A DNA stretch of 24,000 bases from Peptoniphilus sp. GNH (GCA_021307325.1 CP089931.1:310979-334978), one strand, 5' to 3'. Shown: positions 8,193 to 18,783, numbered from the stretch's first letter. Notes: generated by a model not told the origin, from the sequence alone. Made by a program: numbers and translations.

Positions 8193-9987
8193 ATTTTAAA
8201 ACTGTTAAGAAGGCCTCTTGAGGAACTTCAACACTTCCTATTTGTCTCATCCTCTTTTTTCCCTCTTTTTGCTTTTCAAGTAGTTTTCTCTTTCTGGAGA
8301 TATCCCCACCATAGCATTTAGCAAGGACATCTTTTCTAAGAGCTCTTATTGTTTCTCTTGCGATTATTTTAGTACCTATTGCAGCCTGAATAGGAACTGC
8401 AAATTGGTGTCTTGGAATGACATCTGTCAGTCTTTCACAAATACGTCTACCTCTTTCATAAGCTGAGTCCTTATGAACAATTATTGAAAAGGCGTCTACA
8501 AGTTCTTCGTTTATCAAAATATCAAGCTTTACAAGCTCAGATGGTTCATATCCTATTATTTCATAATCATATGAAGCATAGCCTTTTGTTTTAGATTTTA
8601 GAGCATCAAAGAAATCATATATAACTTCATTCAAAGGAAGATTATAGGTTATCATGACCCTAGTTTCTTCAAGATAATCCATTGAAAGGTAGGTGCCTCT
8701 TCTAGCTTGGCAAAGCTCCATTATTGCTCCTATATAAGCAGTTGGACACATTATCTCAGCCTTTACTATGGGTTCTTCCATATAATCTATTTCTGTTGGA
8801 TCGGGGAGATTTGTAGGATTTTGAATTTCTAACATAGTCCCATCTTTTTTATGAACTTTGTATATAACAGACGGAGCAGTTGTAACAAGGTTTAAGTCAA
8901 ATTCTCTTTCGAGTCTTTCTTGAATAATTTCCATGTGCAAAAGTCCTAAAAATCCACACCTAAAACCAAATCCCAAGGCGGCAGAAGTCTCTGCTTCAAA
9001 ATCCAAGGCAGCATCATTTACCTTAAGCTTTTCCAAAGCCTCTCTGACTTCCTGATAAGATTCTCCCTCTGCAGGATAAATTCCACAAAAAACCATCGGC
9101 ATAACTTTTTTGTACCCAGGGAGGGCTTGCTCGGTCATATTTTTTGCTAAGGTTATGGTATCACCGACATTAGCTTCTTTTACTTCCTTGATGCTTGCCG
9201 CTATATATCCAACATCACCTGCACTTAGAGAGTCAAGAGCTACATAGGTGCTAGTTCTCACACCGACTTCAACGACTTCAAACTCAGCTCCAGTTGACAT
9301 CATCTTTATGATGTCTCCCTTTTTGACTTTACCGTCAAAAACTCTTATAAAACATATTACACCCTTATATGAGTCATAATATGAGTCGAAAATGAGAGCC
9401 TTTAAGGGCTTATCTTCAGATCCGGATGGAGCAGGTATATCTTCTACTATTGCATCTAGGACCTTGTCTATATTAATACCATTTTTGGCTGATATTTCCG
9501 GCGCATTTGTAGCTTCTATTCCAATAATATCTTCGATTTCTTTTTTTACCTCCTCAGGTCTTGCACCAGGAAGGTCGATTTTATTTAAAATTGGAACCAA
9601 CTCTAAATTTTGATCGGCTGCCAAATATACATTAGCTAGGGTTTGCGCTTCTACACCTTGAGAAGCATCGACTACTACAAGAGCTCCCTCACAAGCAGCT
9701 AGAGACCTTGAGACCTCATAATTGAAATCCACATGTCCAGGGGTGTCGATTAAGTTGAGAATATATTCTTTTCCATCTTGGTGCTTGTGAATTAATCTGA
9801 CGGCCTTAAGTTTTATAGTAATGCCTCTTTCTCTTTCCAAGTCCATGGAATCTAAAACTTGCGAGCTCATTTCTCTTTGGGTTAACATTCCAGTCATTTC
9901 AATAAGCCTGTCAGCAAGAGTGGACTTTCCATGGTCAATATGCGCTATTATAGAAAAATTTCTTATATGTTCTTGTCTGTTGGACAT
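8176..9987 (-). CDS. lepA: Translation elongation factor 4 (LepA)
   Basis: 603 aa. It has [29 protein letters not shown] and NKIDLP GTPase motifs and the LepA-specific C-terminal domain. AAGGAGGA SD precedes ATG 9987. Confidence 0.97.
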   Translation of the reverse strand: MSNRQEHIRNFSIIAHIDHGKSTLADRLIEMTGMLTQREMSSQVLDSMDLERERGITIKLKAVRLIHKHQDGKEYILNLIDTPGHVDFNYEVSRSLAACEGALVVVDASQGVEAQTLANVYLAADQNLELVPILNKIDLPGARPEEVKKEIEDIIGIEATNAPEISAKNGINIDKVLDAIVEDIPAPSGSEDKPLKALIFDSYYDSYKGVICFIRVFDGKVKKGDIIKMMSTGAEFEVVEVGVRTSTYVALDSLSAGDVGYIAASIKEVKEANVGDTITLAKNMTEQALPGYKKVMPMVFCGIYPAEGESYQEVREALEKLKVNDAALDFEAETSAALGFGFRCGFLGLLHMEIIQERLEREFDLNLVTTAPSVIYKVHKKDGTMLEIQNPTNLPDPTEIDYMEEPIVKAEIMCPTAYIGAIMELCQARRGTYLSMDYLEETRVMITYNLPLNEVIYDFFDALKSKTKGYASYDYEIIGYEPSELVKLDILINEELVDAFSIIVHKDSAYERGRRICERLTDVIPRHQFAVPIQAAIGTKIIARETIRALRKDVLAKCYGGDISRKRKLLEKQKEGKKRMRQIGSVEVPQEAFLTVLKYDEEA

Positions 9988-10037
9988 GAATCCTCCTTGT
10001 ATATCTTAAAAGAATTTATATTTCCTAATAATGAAGA

Positions 10038-10046
10038 TATTATCAC
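10038..10046 (-). promoter_or_regulatory. Candidate extended -10 element for lepA-hemW
   Basis: The minus strand reads TGtGATAAT about 50 nt upstream of the lepA start. The -35 region is poor (TATTTA). Confidence 0.3.
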
Positions 10047-10113
10047 ATAAAGACCAACAAATAAATAATCGCAGAAAGTGATTGCAATTAAAAAAATATT
10101 TTTTTAAAAAAAC

Positions 10114-10142
10114 TTGACACAAATGGGAAAGCATAGTATATT
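10114..10142 (+). promoter_or_regulatory. Sigma-A promoter of the hrcA-grpE-dnaK-dnaJ operon
   Basis: TTGACA (10114-10119), an exact 17-nt spacer, then TATATT (10137-10142). CIRCE begins 9 nt downstream, which is the classical arrangement. Confidence 0.75.
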
Positions 10143-10150
10143 ATTAATAG

Positions 10151-10177
10151 TTAGCACTCGATGTTAATGAGTGCTAA
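10151..10177 (+). promoter_or_regulatory. CIRCE operator (HrcA binding site)
   Basis: TTAGCACTC-N9-GAGTGCTAA is a perfect match to the CIRCE consensus. It lies between the promoter and the hrcA start. Confidence 0.97.
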
Positions 10178-10194
10178 TAAAAGGGTGATAAAAT

Positions 10195-11202
10195 ATGGAT
10201 GAAAGAAAGATGCGTGTTTTAGATGCTATTATTAATTCCTACATCCACACTAACCAGCCTGTTGGATCCAGGACTATTTCAAAAGAGTACGATCTTGGAG
10301 TTTCAAGTGCTACTATAAGAAATGAAATGGCCGATTTAGAGGATTTAGGTTATCTTATAAAGCCTCATACATCTGCCGGCAGGATACCATCAGACAAGGC
10401 TTTCAGGTATTATGTTGATGAGATTATAAATAATAGATCTAGGAATGCAAAGCTTGATTTTCCTGTTGACTGGTCATTTGTCAAAGAGGCTAGGACTCCT
10501 AAAGAGACTTATAGGAGAGCGGCTAGACTCTTGGCTGATACTACTAAACTGACATCTTATGTTATAAGCCCTAGGAAACAGGATAAAAAAATAAAGTTTA
10601 TAGAGATTCTGTCTTTGGCAGAAAGAATTTATCTACTCTTGATAATAGGCAACAAGGGCGAAGTTTCAAAGACTATAATAAAGGCCAAGCAGTCCATTTG
10701 CCAAAAGGATTTATCTATGATATCAAACTTTTTAAATAAAGAGTTTGAAAATGCGAGTGCTGGAGATTTGCAATCTAGAAAGTTTATTCTATTTGATGAA
10801 ATTGCAGAGTATAAAAATTTCATAGGAGAAGCTATAAAGGCTATAAGAAGATTTTATGAAGATTTGAATTCAGTTGAGGTATTTTTCGATGGAATTACTA
10901 ATATACTAACATATGATGAATACCGAGATTTAAACAAGGCAAAAGAATTTATGAAATTCTTTGATGATAGAGAAAATCTCCTAGATATAGTCATAGACTC
11001 TATAAATGATGACTACGAGATTTTGATAGGCTCTGAAAACAATCATGAGATTATGAAATCGTCCACTCTTATCAACTTTAGTTTTGGAAGTCCTATGGGG
11101 CAGATTGGAATAGTTGGGCCTGTAAGACTTGATTATCCCAAATTGATTAAAATTGTTTCGGGATTCGCTCAGGTTCTAACAGATATAATCGATGATATTT
11201 AG
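10195..11202 (+). CDS. hrcA: Heat-inducible transcription repressor HrcA
   Basis: 335 aa. The N-terminal winged-helix region (RKMRVLDAIINSYIHTNQPVGSRTISK ... SSATIRNEMADLEDLGYL) is typical. It is the first gene of the dnaK operon, directly behind CIRCE. Confidence 0.95.
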   Translation: MDERKMRVLDAIINSYIHTNQPVGSRTISKEYDLGVSSATIRNEMADLEDLGYLIKPHTSAGRIPSDKAFRYYVDEIINNRSRNAKLDFPVDWSFVKEARTPKETYRRAARLLADTTKLTSYVISPRKQDKKIKFIEILSLAERIYLLLIIGNKGEVSKTIIKAKQSICQKDLSMISNFLNKEFENASAGDLQSRKFILFDEIAEYKNFIGEAIKAIRRFYEDLNSVEVFFDGITNILTYDEYRDLNKAKEFMKFFDDRENLLDIVIDSINDDYEILIGSENNHEIMKSSTLINFSFGSPMGQIGIVGPVRLDYPKLIKIVSGFAQVLTDIIDDI

Positions 11203-11213
11203 TGAGGTGTGAA

Positions 11214-11747
11214 ATGGAAAATAAAGAAAATTTAGATGATATTGTAGAAGAAATTTCTAATGCACAAGAAGATATTGTCGACGCAGAAATAGTAGATGAT
11301 TTAGAAAATCAAGTGCAAGAAGAAAGCGAAAAGTACAAGGATTTAAATGATAGATTTATTCGCCTACAAGCAGATTTTGCTAATTATAAAAGGCGAAGTG
11401 AAAATGAAAGATCGGGCGCTTTTGCAATGGGTGTTGAAAAAATTGCAGGTGGGCTTTTGCCCATATTAGATAATTTTGAGAGGGCTCTTTGTCAAGAAGG
11501 GGCTGCTGAGGATTCGTTTTTTTCAGGAGTGGAGCTTATATATAAGCAATTTTTGACACTACTTGAAAAAAATGGAATAGAAGAAATAGTGGCGCTTAAT
11601 CAAAAATTTGATCCCAATCTTCACCATGCTGTAATGGTAGAAGAAAGGGATGACATTGAAAAGGAAACAGTTGTAGAAGTTCTACAAAAAGGATATAAAC
11701 TTGGAGACAGAGTGCTTAGACCATCAATGGTAAAAGTATCTAAATAA
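11214..11747 (+). CDS. grpE: Nucleotide exchange factor GrpE
   Basis: It has GrpE motifs [24 protein letters not shown] and HHAV. I placed the start at ATG 11214 (GAGGTG SD upstream). The ORF-track GTG 11202 overlaps the hrcA stop. Confidence 0.93.
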   Translation: MENKENLDDIVEEISNAQEDIVDAEIVDDLENQVQEESEKYKDLNDRFIRLQADFANYKRRSENERSGAFAMGVEKIAGGLLPILDNFERALCQEGAAEDSFFSGVELIYKQFLTLLEKNGIEEIVALNQKFDPNLHHAVMVEERDDIEKETVVEVLQKGYKLGDRVLRPSMVKVSK

Positions 11748-11760
11748 GGAGGAAATTAGA

Positions 11761-13584
11761 ATGAGTAAAATTATAGGAATTGACTTAGGAACAACAAATA
11801 GTGCGGTAGCAGTTATGGAAGGTGGAGATGCAATAATAATACCTAATATAGAAGGTAATAGAACAACTCCATCAGTAGTTGCATTTACAAAAGACGGAGA
11901 AAGGTTAGTTGGAGAAACTGCCAAAAGGCAAGCAATAACAAACCCAGAAAGAACCATATCATCAATTAAAAGACATATGGGAACTGATTATTCAGTTAAT
12001 ATTGATGGAAAGAAGTATTCTCCTCAAGAAATTTCTGCAATGATTTTACAAAAATTGAAATCAGATGCTGAATCTTACTTGGGAGAAAAAGTGACAAATG
12101 CAGTAATTACTGTACCTGCTTATTTCACAGACGCTCAAAGACAAGCTACAAAAGATGCAGGAAAAATTGCAGGATTAAATGTAAAGAGAATTGTAAATGA
12201 ACCTACAGCAGCAGCTCTTGCTTATGGCGAAGACAAGGACAAGGATTCTCAAACTGTAATGGTTTATGACCTTGGGGGCGGAACATTTGATGTTTCTGTA
12301 TTGGAACTTTCAGATGGAGTTTTCGAAGTTCATGCAACTAGAGGAAACAACAAGCTTGGTGGAGATGATTTTGATAACAGATTAATTGATTATATAGCTG
12401 AGGATTTCAAGACTGCTCATGGAATAGATCTTAGAATTGACAAGATGAGCCATCAAAGACTAAAAGAAGCTGCTGAAAAGGCTAAAAAAGAATTGTCATC
12501 TACAATGACTACAAATATAAATCTACCATTTATAACAGCAACAGCAGAAGGTCCACTTCACTTAAATATGGACATTACTCGTGCTAAGTTTGATGAGCTT
12601 ACGAAGGATATAGTAAAGCAAACAGAACAACCGGTTTTAGACGCTTTAAAAGATGCTGGTTTGTCCGCAAGCCAAATTGACAAAGTTCTTTTGGTAGGAG
12701 GTTCTACAAGAATTCCTGCTGTGCAAGAATCAATCAAAAAATTAATAGGAAAAGAAGCCCAAAAAGATATAAATCCAGATGAATGTGTAGCTTTAGGCGC
12801 AGCTATCCAAGGTGGAGTTTTATCTGGAGATGTAAAAGACCTGCTTCTTCTAGATGTAACACCACTTTCACTAGGAATCGAAACAATGGGCGAAGTTACG
12901 ACAAGACTCATTGAAAGAAATACAACAATTCCAACGAAAAAGTCACAAATATTTACAACAGCTGCTGACAATCAAACATCTGTTGATATCCATGTGCTTC
13001 AAGGTGAAAGACAAATGGCAAAAGATAACACTTCTCTTGGAAGATTCCAACTTGATGGAATTGCACCTGCAAGAAGGGGTGTACCACAAATAGAAGTTAC
13101 TTTTGATATAGACGCCAATGGTATAGTGAATGTTTCTGCTAAAGACCTTGGAACTGGAAAAGAACAACATATAACAATCACATCATCAACTAATTTGTCA
13201 GATGAAGAAATTGAAAAGAAAGTCAAAGAAGCTGAAATGTATGCTCAAGAAGATAAGAAACAAAAAGAACTTATTGAAATTAGAAATAATGCAGATTCTA
13301 TGATTTACCAATCTGAAAACACTTTAAAAGAAGTTGAAGGCAAGATTGATGCAAGTGAAAAAGAAGAAATCGAAAAAGCCATCAATGAATTAAAAGAAGT
13401 AAAAGACACAGATCAAGTTGAAAAAATAAAGGAAAAGACAGAAGCGTTAACTCAAGCTTTCTACAAAATATCAGAAAAAATCTACAAACAAAATCAAGAA
13501 CAAACTGGAAAAGAACAATCAAAAGATGAAGATGTTGTTGATGCAGACTATGAAGTTGTAGATGACGAAGAAGAAAACAAGTAA
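11761..13584 (+). CDS. dnaK: Molecular chaperone DnaK (Hsp70)
   Basis: 607 aa. It has [20 protein letters not shown] and [11 protein letters not shown] signatures. AAGGAGGA SD precedes the start. Confidence 0.99.
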   Translation: MSKIIGIDLGTTNSAVAVMEGGDAIIIPNIEGNRTTPSVVAFTKDGERLVGETAKRQAITNPERTISSIKRHMGTDYSVNIDGKKYSPQEISAMILQKLKSDAESYLGEKVTNAVITVPAYFTDAQRQATKDAGKIAGLNVKRIVNEPTAAALAYGEDKDKDSQTVMVYDLGGGTFDVSVLELSDGVFEVHATRGNNKLGGDDFDNRLIDYIAEDFKTAHGIDLRIDKMSHQRLKEAAEKAKKELSSTMTTNINLPFITATAEGPLHLNMDITRAKFDELTKDIVKQTEQPVLDALKDAGLSASQIDKVLLVGGSTRIPAVQESIKKLIGKEAQKDINPDECVALGAAIQGGVLSGDVKDLLLLDVTPLSLGIETMGEVTTRLIERNTTIPTKKSQIFTTAADNQTSVDIHVLQGERQMAKDNTSLGRFQLDGIAPARRGVPQIEVTFDIDANGIVNVSAKDLGTGKEQHITITSSTNLSDEEIEKKVKEAEMYAQEDKKQKELIEIRNNADSMIYQSENTLKEVEGKIDASEKEEIEKAINELKEVKDTDQVEKIKEKTEALTQAFYKISEKIYKQNQEQTGKEQSKDEDVVDADYEVVDDEEENK

Positions 13585-13603
13585 GCTTAATGACAAAAAT
13601 TTT

Positions 13604-13634
13604 GAGCAGTTTTTTGACTGCTCTTAATTTTTTT
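13604..13634 (+). terminator. Intra-operon rho-independent terminator/attenuator between dnaK and dnaJ
   Basis: Stem GAGCAGT (13604-13610) pairs with ACTGCTC (13617-13623) around loop TTTTTG, followed by TTAATTTTTTTG. Confidence 0.7.
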
Positions 13635-13680
13635 GTTTAAAATTTTTTTAAATAGGTTAAAATATCCTTTGGTGGTGAAT

Positions 13681-14802
13681 ATGAGAGATTTTTATGAAAT
13701 TTTGGATATAGAAAGAAGTGCTGGTGAAACAGAGATAAAAACGGCTTATAGAAAAATGGCTAAAAAGTATCATCCGGATCTAAATCCTGGAGATAAAGAA
13801 GCTGAAGTAAAATTCAAAGAAGTTCAAGCGGCCTATGAGGTTTTAAGCGATAGTCAAAAAAGACAAATATATGATACCTACGGAGAAGAAGGTTTAAATG
13901 GTCAGGCTCAAAGCAGTGGATTTGGTGGATTTGGAGATATATTCTCTGATATATTCGATATATTCGGAGGAGGAAGCGCTTATTCTTCAAGGTCTGGTAG
14001 AAATCCTAATAGTCCTAAGAAGGGTACTGACCTAAGATATGACATCCAAATAGAATTTAAAGAAGCCTATACGGGTGTAGAAAAAGAAATAAGCATTAGC
14101 CATAGAGTAAAATGCAGCCACTGCCATGGAGAAAAGTGTGAACCTGGAACAGATAAAAAAACTTGCGATAAATGCCATGGAACAGGAGAGGTATCTCATA
14201 GAGTATCAACACCATTAGGTCAATTTGTTCAAGTAGGGACATGCGACAAATGTGGTGGCAGCGGACAGATCATTGAAACTAAGTGCAAGGTGTGTAAGGG
14301 ACAAGGAAGCGTAAAAGAAAACAAAAAAATAAAACTCAATATTCCAGCAGGTGTCGACAACAACAATATAATGACAATTGAAGGGATGGGAGATGCTGGA
14401 GAAAATGGAGGACCAGCTGGTGATTTGTATGTATACATTCATGTAAAAGAGGATGAGTTTTTCAAGAGAGTAAATGGTGATCTTTATATAGAAATGCCTA
14501 TAACTTATACAGATGCTGTTTTAGGTGGAAAAATAAAAGTTCCCACAATGGAAGGCATTGAAGATTTTGATTTACCAAGGGCAACTGAAGCAGGCAAGAG
14601 GTTTAAAATAGCCAAAAAAGGAATGCCTATTTTAAATAGGAAGACTAAAGGTGACCTTTATTTCGATGTAGAAATTATCATACCTAAAAATCCAAGCGAG
14701 CGAGAAATTGAATTGCTAAAGGAATTAAAAAAAGTAAGGCCAAGCGCAGAAAAAGAAAAGAAGAACTTCTTTAAACGATTTAAAGAATTTTTTGAACAAT
14801 AA
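13681..14802 (+). CDS. dnaJ: Co-chaperone DnaJ (Hsp40)
   Basis: It has a J-domain (DFYEILDI ... YHPDLNPGD), a G/F-rich region and four CxxCxGxG-type zinc-finger repeats. I trimmed the start to ATG 13681 (GGTGGTG SD). The ORF-track start 13633 lies inside the terminator T-run. Confidence 0.95.
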   Translation: MRDFYEILDIERSAGETEIKTAYRKMAKKYHPDLNPGDKEAEVKFKEVQAAYEVLSDSQKRQIYDTYGEEGLNGQAQSSGFGGFGDIFSDIFDIFGGGSAYSSRSGRNPNSPKKGTDLRYDIQIEFKEAYTGVEKEISISHRVKCSHCHGEKCEPGTDKKTCDKCHGTGEVSHRVSTPLGQFVQVGTCDKCGGSGQIIETKCKVCKGQGSVKENKKIKLNIPAGVDNNNIMTIEGMGDAGENGGPAGDLYVYIHVKEDEFFKRVNGDLYIEMPITYTDAVLGGKIKVPTMEGIEDFDLPRATEAGKRFKIAKKGMPILNRKTKGDLYFDVEIIIPKNPSEREIELLKELKKVRPSAEKEKKNFFKRFKEFFEQ

Positions 14803-14825
14803 AATTAAAATATATAGTAAAATTA

Positions 14826-14855
14826 AGACAAGATCCAATGGACTTGTCTTTTTTA
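14826..14855 (+). terminator. Rho-independent terminator after dnaJ
   Basis: Stem AGACAAG (14826-14832) pairs with CTTGTCT (14843-14849), followed by TTTTTT. Confidence 0.75.
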
Positions 14856-14900
14856 TATGTTATTATAAGTCCTTAATCTAAATTAAATATGGAGTTTAAT

Positions 14901-15797
14901 ATGAAATATACTGAAATAAAATTTACCTGTCCTGATGAAAGGGCGGAAGAAATTGAAAACTTTTTATATATGTTGGATATATATGATTTTTCTTCTAAAT
15001 CTTTGAAATTATTAAATGATATAAAGACCACACCATGGGCTTACAATTTAGTCGATGAAGAGGTGCTAAGCCTTCCTAAGGACACATCTGTATATCAAGT
15101 TTTTTTTAATGAAGACGAGTCTGAGATGTTTTGTGATGTTTATAAAAAACTTGAAGGACTTGGAGTTGATAACTTATTGGTAGAAACTAGAGATGATTGT
15201 GAGTGGAAAGACAAGTGGAAGGATTATTTTCACACCTTAAAATTTAATAAAATAAAGATAATACCATCATGGGAAAATGAAAAGATGGACAAATATTCCA
15301 TACTAATGGATCCAGGGATGGCATTTGGCTCGGGAACACATGAAACAACGAGATTATCAATAAAAATGCTTGAAAAATTTGTAAAAAATGAGGATAAAGT
15401 CCTGGATATAGGATCAGGGAGTGGGATTTTGGCTTTGGCAGCTAAAAAACTTGGAGCAGATAAGGTTGTAGGTATTGATATAGATCCAGATTCAGTTCGA
15501 GTGGCAAGAGAAAACGCCTCTATAAATGGAGAAGATATTGAGTTTATAACTGGAGATTTAGCTGAGGATATAAACGAAAAATACAATGTGATTGTTTCTA
15601 ATATAATAGCAGAAATAATTGTCGATCTTATAGAGGATTTACCAAGGATACTGGAAAAAGGCGGTCTCTTTTTATGCTCTGGGATTCTTTTTGAAAAAGA
15701 AGATATGCTAAAAAATGAATTAAAGAAAGCTGGATTTGAAATCATCCACATTAGACGAGAAGGAGATTGGCTGGGCATAGGTGCAAGATATGTATAA
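14901..15797 (+). CDS. prmA: Ribosomal protein L11 methyltransferase
   Basis: It has the SAM-binding motif VLDIGSGSGILA plus PGMAFGSGTHETT. Its position after dnaJ is conserved. I preferred ATG 14901 (GGAG 6 nt upstream). ATG 14889 is the ORF-track alternative. Confidence 0.92.
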   Translation: MKYTEIKFTCPDERAEEIENFLYMLDIYDFSSKSLKLLNDIKTTPWAYNLVDEEVLSLPKDTSVYQVFFNEDESEMFCDVYKKLEGLGVDNLLVETRDDCEWKDKWKDYFHTLKFNKIKIIPSWENEKMDKYSILMDPGMAFGSGTHETTRLSIKMLEKFVKNEDKVLDIGSGSGILALAAKKLGADKVVGIDIDPDSVRVARENASINGEDIEFITGDLAEDINEKYNVIVSNIIAEIIVDLIEDLPRILEKGGLFLCSGILFEKEDMLKNELKKAGFEIIHIRREGDWLGIGARYV

Positions 15798-16491
15798 ATT
15801 CTTTGAAGATAACAAACAGGATGCTTATATTTTTCTTAGTGAATCTAATTTAAAACATATTAAAGTTTTAAGAATAGAAAAAAATGAACAATTTGAAGTC
15901 GTCACACCTTTTGGAAAATTCCTTTGCACTTTAGAAGAAAAAAAAGCTAGAATTTTGCAAGAAGTGACAAAATCAACCGAAAGTCCTATAAATCTAAAGC
16001 TTTTTATGGGCATATGTAAATCTGATAAAATGGAAGTGATCCTAAAAGCTTGCACTGAAATTGGAATAAGAGATTTTTATCCAGTTGAAATGAAAAGATC
16101 TATTTCTAGCTACAAGGGCAAAGAAATAAAAAAGATAAAAAGACTAGAAGAAATAGCTTTGTCGGCAGCCAAACAGTCGAAAAGAGATATTGTTCCAAGT
16201 GTACACGAGCCAATAAGAATAGAAGATATCAAGGACTACTATGATGGAAAGTTGATAATAGCTTATGAACTAGAAAATAAGAATTTTTTAGAAAATATTA
16301 TGCCTGAAAGAAATGTTTCTTTGGTCATTGGCCCAGAAGGCGGATTTGACCAGGAAGAACTGGACATTTTAGCTAAACTTAATCCAAGCTATATAAGCTT
16401 GGGCGATAGGATATTAAGAGCTCAAACGGCTGCAATTGCGGCTAGTTTTTTAATAATACAAAATTGGGAGAGAAAATTTGAGGAGATTTAA
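15790..16491 (+). CDS. rsmE: 16S rRNA (uracil1498-N3)-methyltransferase RsmE
   Basis: It has SPOUT-type C-terminal motifs (VIGPEGGF...EE, LGDRILRAQTA). The prmA-rsmE order is conserved. ATG 15790 (MYKFF) has AGGTG 6 nt upstream and overlaps the prmA end by 8 nt. Confidence 0.88.
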   Translation: MYKFFEDNKQDAYIFLSESNLKHIKVLRIEKNEQFEVVTPFGKFLCTLEEKKARILQEVTKSTESPINLKLFMGICKSDKMEVILKACTEIGIRDFYPVEMKRSISSYKGKEIKKIKRLEEIALSAAKQSKRDIVPSVHEPIRIEDIKDYYDGKLIIAYELENKNFLENIMPERNVSLVIGPEGGFDQEELDILAKLNPSYISLGDRILRAQTAAIAASFLIIQNWERKFEEI

Positions 16492-17776
16492 CCTACTAAC
16501 TCTTGGATGTAAAGTAAATCACTACGAGGGTCAATACATGAGTGAAAATTTCATAAAAAGAGGTTATTGCCGAGTTGAAGAAAATGAAGTAGCGGATATT
16601 TATATCATAAATACATGCACAGTTACAAATCTTTCAGATAGAAAGTCTCGTCAGTATATAAGAAGAGCCAAAAGATTAAATTCTAACTCGATAATTGCCG
16701 TTGTGGGTTGCTATGCTCAGGTGAGCCCCGAAGAAGTAGCTGCTATGAAAGATGTCGACATAGTCATAGGGACAACGGAAAGAAACAAAATAGTGGACCT
16801 CTGTGAAGAATTTTGGGAAACTAGACAGCAGATTAACATAGTTAGAGATATATCTGATGACAAAAATTTCCAAGATATAAAAATAAATGAGATTGATTCA
16901 ATGTCGAGAGCCTACATAAAGGTTCAAGATGGCTGTAATATGTTTTGCTCATATTGCATAATCCCATACGCAAGAGGAAATATAAGATCAAGATCAATAG
17001 ATGATTGTGTAAGAGAAGTTCAAAGTTTATCTGAAAAAGGATACAAAGAGGTAGTCCTCACAGGAATCCATATAGCTAGTTATGGTTATGATTTAGGCAA
17101 AGATAGATTGGTAGATTTGATAGAAGAAATTGCCAAGACAGATATAAAAAGAATAAGATTGTCGTCAGTAGATCCAAGAATTGTGACAGATGATTTTATT
17201 AAAAGAATAAATAGTACAAATAAGGTATGTGACCACTTTCATTTGTCTTTGCAAAATGGAAGCGACAGAATTTTAAAACTCATGAACAGGAGATATGATA
17301 CAGAAGAATTTTATAGAAAAGCTCAAATAATAAAGACTTATTATCCAGATGCCGGGCTTACTACGGACATAATAGTAGGTTTTCCTACTGAAAATGATGA
17401 GGATTTTGAAAAAACTCTCAAATTTGTTGAGAAAATTGGATTTTCGAGAATTCATGTATTCAAATACTCCCCGAGAAGAGGGACTCCGGCTGCTGAAATG
17501 AAGGGTCAAGTAGATGGAAATATCAAACATCTGAGGTCTGGAAAATTAATTGAAAAATCCAGGAGACTTAGTGAAATATTTGCAAATAAGCTTATTGGTA
17601 AAAGCTTTGAGGTTCTATTTGAAGAAGAAAATGAGGATTATTTTTTCGGCTATACAAGCAACTATATAAGGGTGAAGGCAAAAAAAGACGGAAGAGATCT
17701 AACCAATAAGATATTTAATGTTATAATTAAAACAGATGAAGAACCTTGTGAAGTTGAATTAAGAGAGGAGATTTAA
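16478..17776 (+). CDS. mtaB: tRNA (N6-threonylcarbamoyladenosine37) methylthiotransferase MtaB
   Basis: It has an N-terminal MTTase domain (TLGCKVNHYE), the radical SAM motif CNMFCSYCIIP and a TRAM-like C-terminus. TTG start at 16478 has GGGAG 7 nt upstream. The position after rsmE is conserved. Confidence 0.9.
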   Translation: MRRFNLLTLGCKVNHYEGQYMSENFIKRGYCRVEENEVADIYIINTCTVTNLSDRKSRQYIRRAKRLNSNSIIAVVGCYAQVSPEEVAAMKDVDIVIGTTERNKIVDLCEEFWETRQQINIVRDISDDKNFQDIKINEIDSMSRAYIKVQDGCNMFCSYCIIPYARGNIRSRSIDDCVREVQSLSEKGYKEVVLTGIHIASYGYDLGKDRLVDLIEEIAKTDIKRIRLSSVDPRIVTDDFIKRINSTNKVCDHFHLSLQNGSDRILKLMNRRYDTEEFYRKAQIIKTYYPDAGLTTDIIVGFPTENDEDFEKTLKFVEKIGFSRIHVFKYSPRRGTPAAEMKGQVDGNIKHLRSGKLIEKSRRLSEIFANKLIGKSFEVLFEEENEDYFFGYTSNYIRVKAKKDGRDLTNKIFNVIIKTDEEPCEVELREEI

Positions 17777-18117
17777 TGGACTGTTTATTTTGTAAAATAA
17801 TAAATAAAGAAATACCATCGGATAAATTATATGAAGATGATTTAGTCTATGCTTTTAAAGATATAGATCCAAAAGCGCCGGTTCATTTTTTAATAGTACC
17901 TAAAAAACACATAGATTCTTGTGACAGCTTAGAAAGCGAAGATAAGGATTTGATTGGACATATATTTTTAGTTGCTAAGAAAATTTGTCGAGATTTGGGT
18001 GTGGATGAAAGTGGATACAGAATAGTTAATAATTGTAAAGAGGATGGCGGACAAAGCGTAAACCATTTGCATTTTCATGTTTTAGGTGGGAGATCTCTTC
18101 AGTGGCCACCGGGTTGA
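17776..18117 (+). CDS. Histidine triad (HIT/HinT) nucleotide-binding protein
   Basis: 113 aa with the HIT motif HLHFHVLGG. The TAATG junction overlaps the mtaB stop by 1 nt. AGAGAGGAG SD precedes the start. Confidence 0.9.
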   Translation: MDCLFCKIINKEIPSDKLYEDDLVYAFKDIDPKAPVHFLIVPKKHIDSCDSLESEDKDLIGHIFLVAKKICRDLGVDESGYRIVNNCKEDGGQSVNHLHFHVLGGRSLQWPPG

Positions 18118-18133
18118 TATGAGGTAAATTTAA

Positions 18134-18688
18134 ATGGAAATAAATAAAAATGTAGTTGAATTTGCAAAAAAAATGGAACTTGTAAAATTGCCAAGATGGG
18201 AAGATTTGCCCAATATAGATTATTATAATTTTCAAATTTGTGAATTCATAAAGCAGCATTTATTTTTCATGAATGAAGTCTTTGGAGATAATTATCTGAC
18301 ACCAACAATGGTCAATAATTATGTAAAAAACGGAATCATAGATAAACCTAAGAATAAAAAATATAGTAAGGCAGCAATAGCCAAACTAATTGTAGTATCT
18401 TGCCTAAAACAAGTGCTAGAAATTTCTGACATTGGTAATGGAATAGACCTGCTTATAAATTTAGTAGGACTAGAAAAAGCTTATGAAATCTTTATTAAAT
18501 CTTTAAATGACGCATTTAAAAGCATATTCGGTTCAGTATCTAAAGGAGTTTATCCGTTGAATTTAGAGATAAAAAATTTGGATTCATCTGATATAAATGT
18601 ATCTTTAGCTTGCCTGGCCTTAGCATCCAAAGTTCTAATAAAAAAATTAATCTTGGAAGATGGTTTTGTAGTCAGAAAAAACATTTAA
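18134..18688 (+). CDS. DUF1836-like protein (possible MerR-like HTH), function unknown
   Basis: 184 aa. The segment YLTPTMVNNYVKNGIIDKPKNKKYSKAAIAKLIVVSCLKQVL matches my memory of the DUF1836 core. GAGGT SD precedes the start. Confidence 0.6.
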   Translation: MEINKNVVEFAKKMELVKLPRWEDLPNIDYYNFQICEFIKQHLFFMNEVFGDNYLTPTMVNNYVKNGIIDKPKNKKYSKAAIAKLIVVSCLKQVLEISDIGNGIDLLINLVGLEKAYEIFIKSLNDAFKSIFGSVSKGVYPLNLEIKNLDSSDINVSLACLALASKVLIKKLILEDGFVVRKNI

Positions 18689-18736
18689 TGCCTATGTTAG
18701 AATCAAATTAAAAAGGATATATATAGATTAGGTTAG

Positions 18737-18765
18737 TTGACACTCAATTTGAGCTATGATATTAT
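18737..18765 (+). promoter_or_regulatory. Strong sigma-A promoter with extended -10 for the ACAD-fusion/FDP operon
   Basis: TTGACA (18737-18742), a 17-nt spacer ending in TGa (18757-18759), then TATTAT (18760-18765). Confidence 0.75.
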
Positions 18766-18783
18766 ACTTATAACGTATAGTTT

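Noticed and set aside
9392-10009. Plus-strand ORFs 9392..9613 and 9821..10009 inside lepA
   Set aside because: They are antisense shadows of a highly conserved GTPase gene, with Ser/Ile-rich products and no translation signals.
12558-13226. Several antisense or alternate-frame ORFs inside dnaK (137 aa, 75 aa, 75 aa, 60 aa)
   Set aside because: Long stop-free antisense frames are a known codon-bias artefact of hsp70 genes. They have no start context and no motifs, and the region is completely covered by dnaK.
15230-15778. A 182-aa ORF on the minus strand, fully antisense to prmA
   Set aside because: The product is Ser/Ile/Phe-rich and low complexity, typical of the shadow frame of GAA/AAA/GAT-rich genes. 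It has no SD or promoter and no recognisable motif, and the sense strand encodes a well-supported PrmA.
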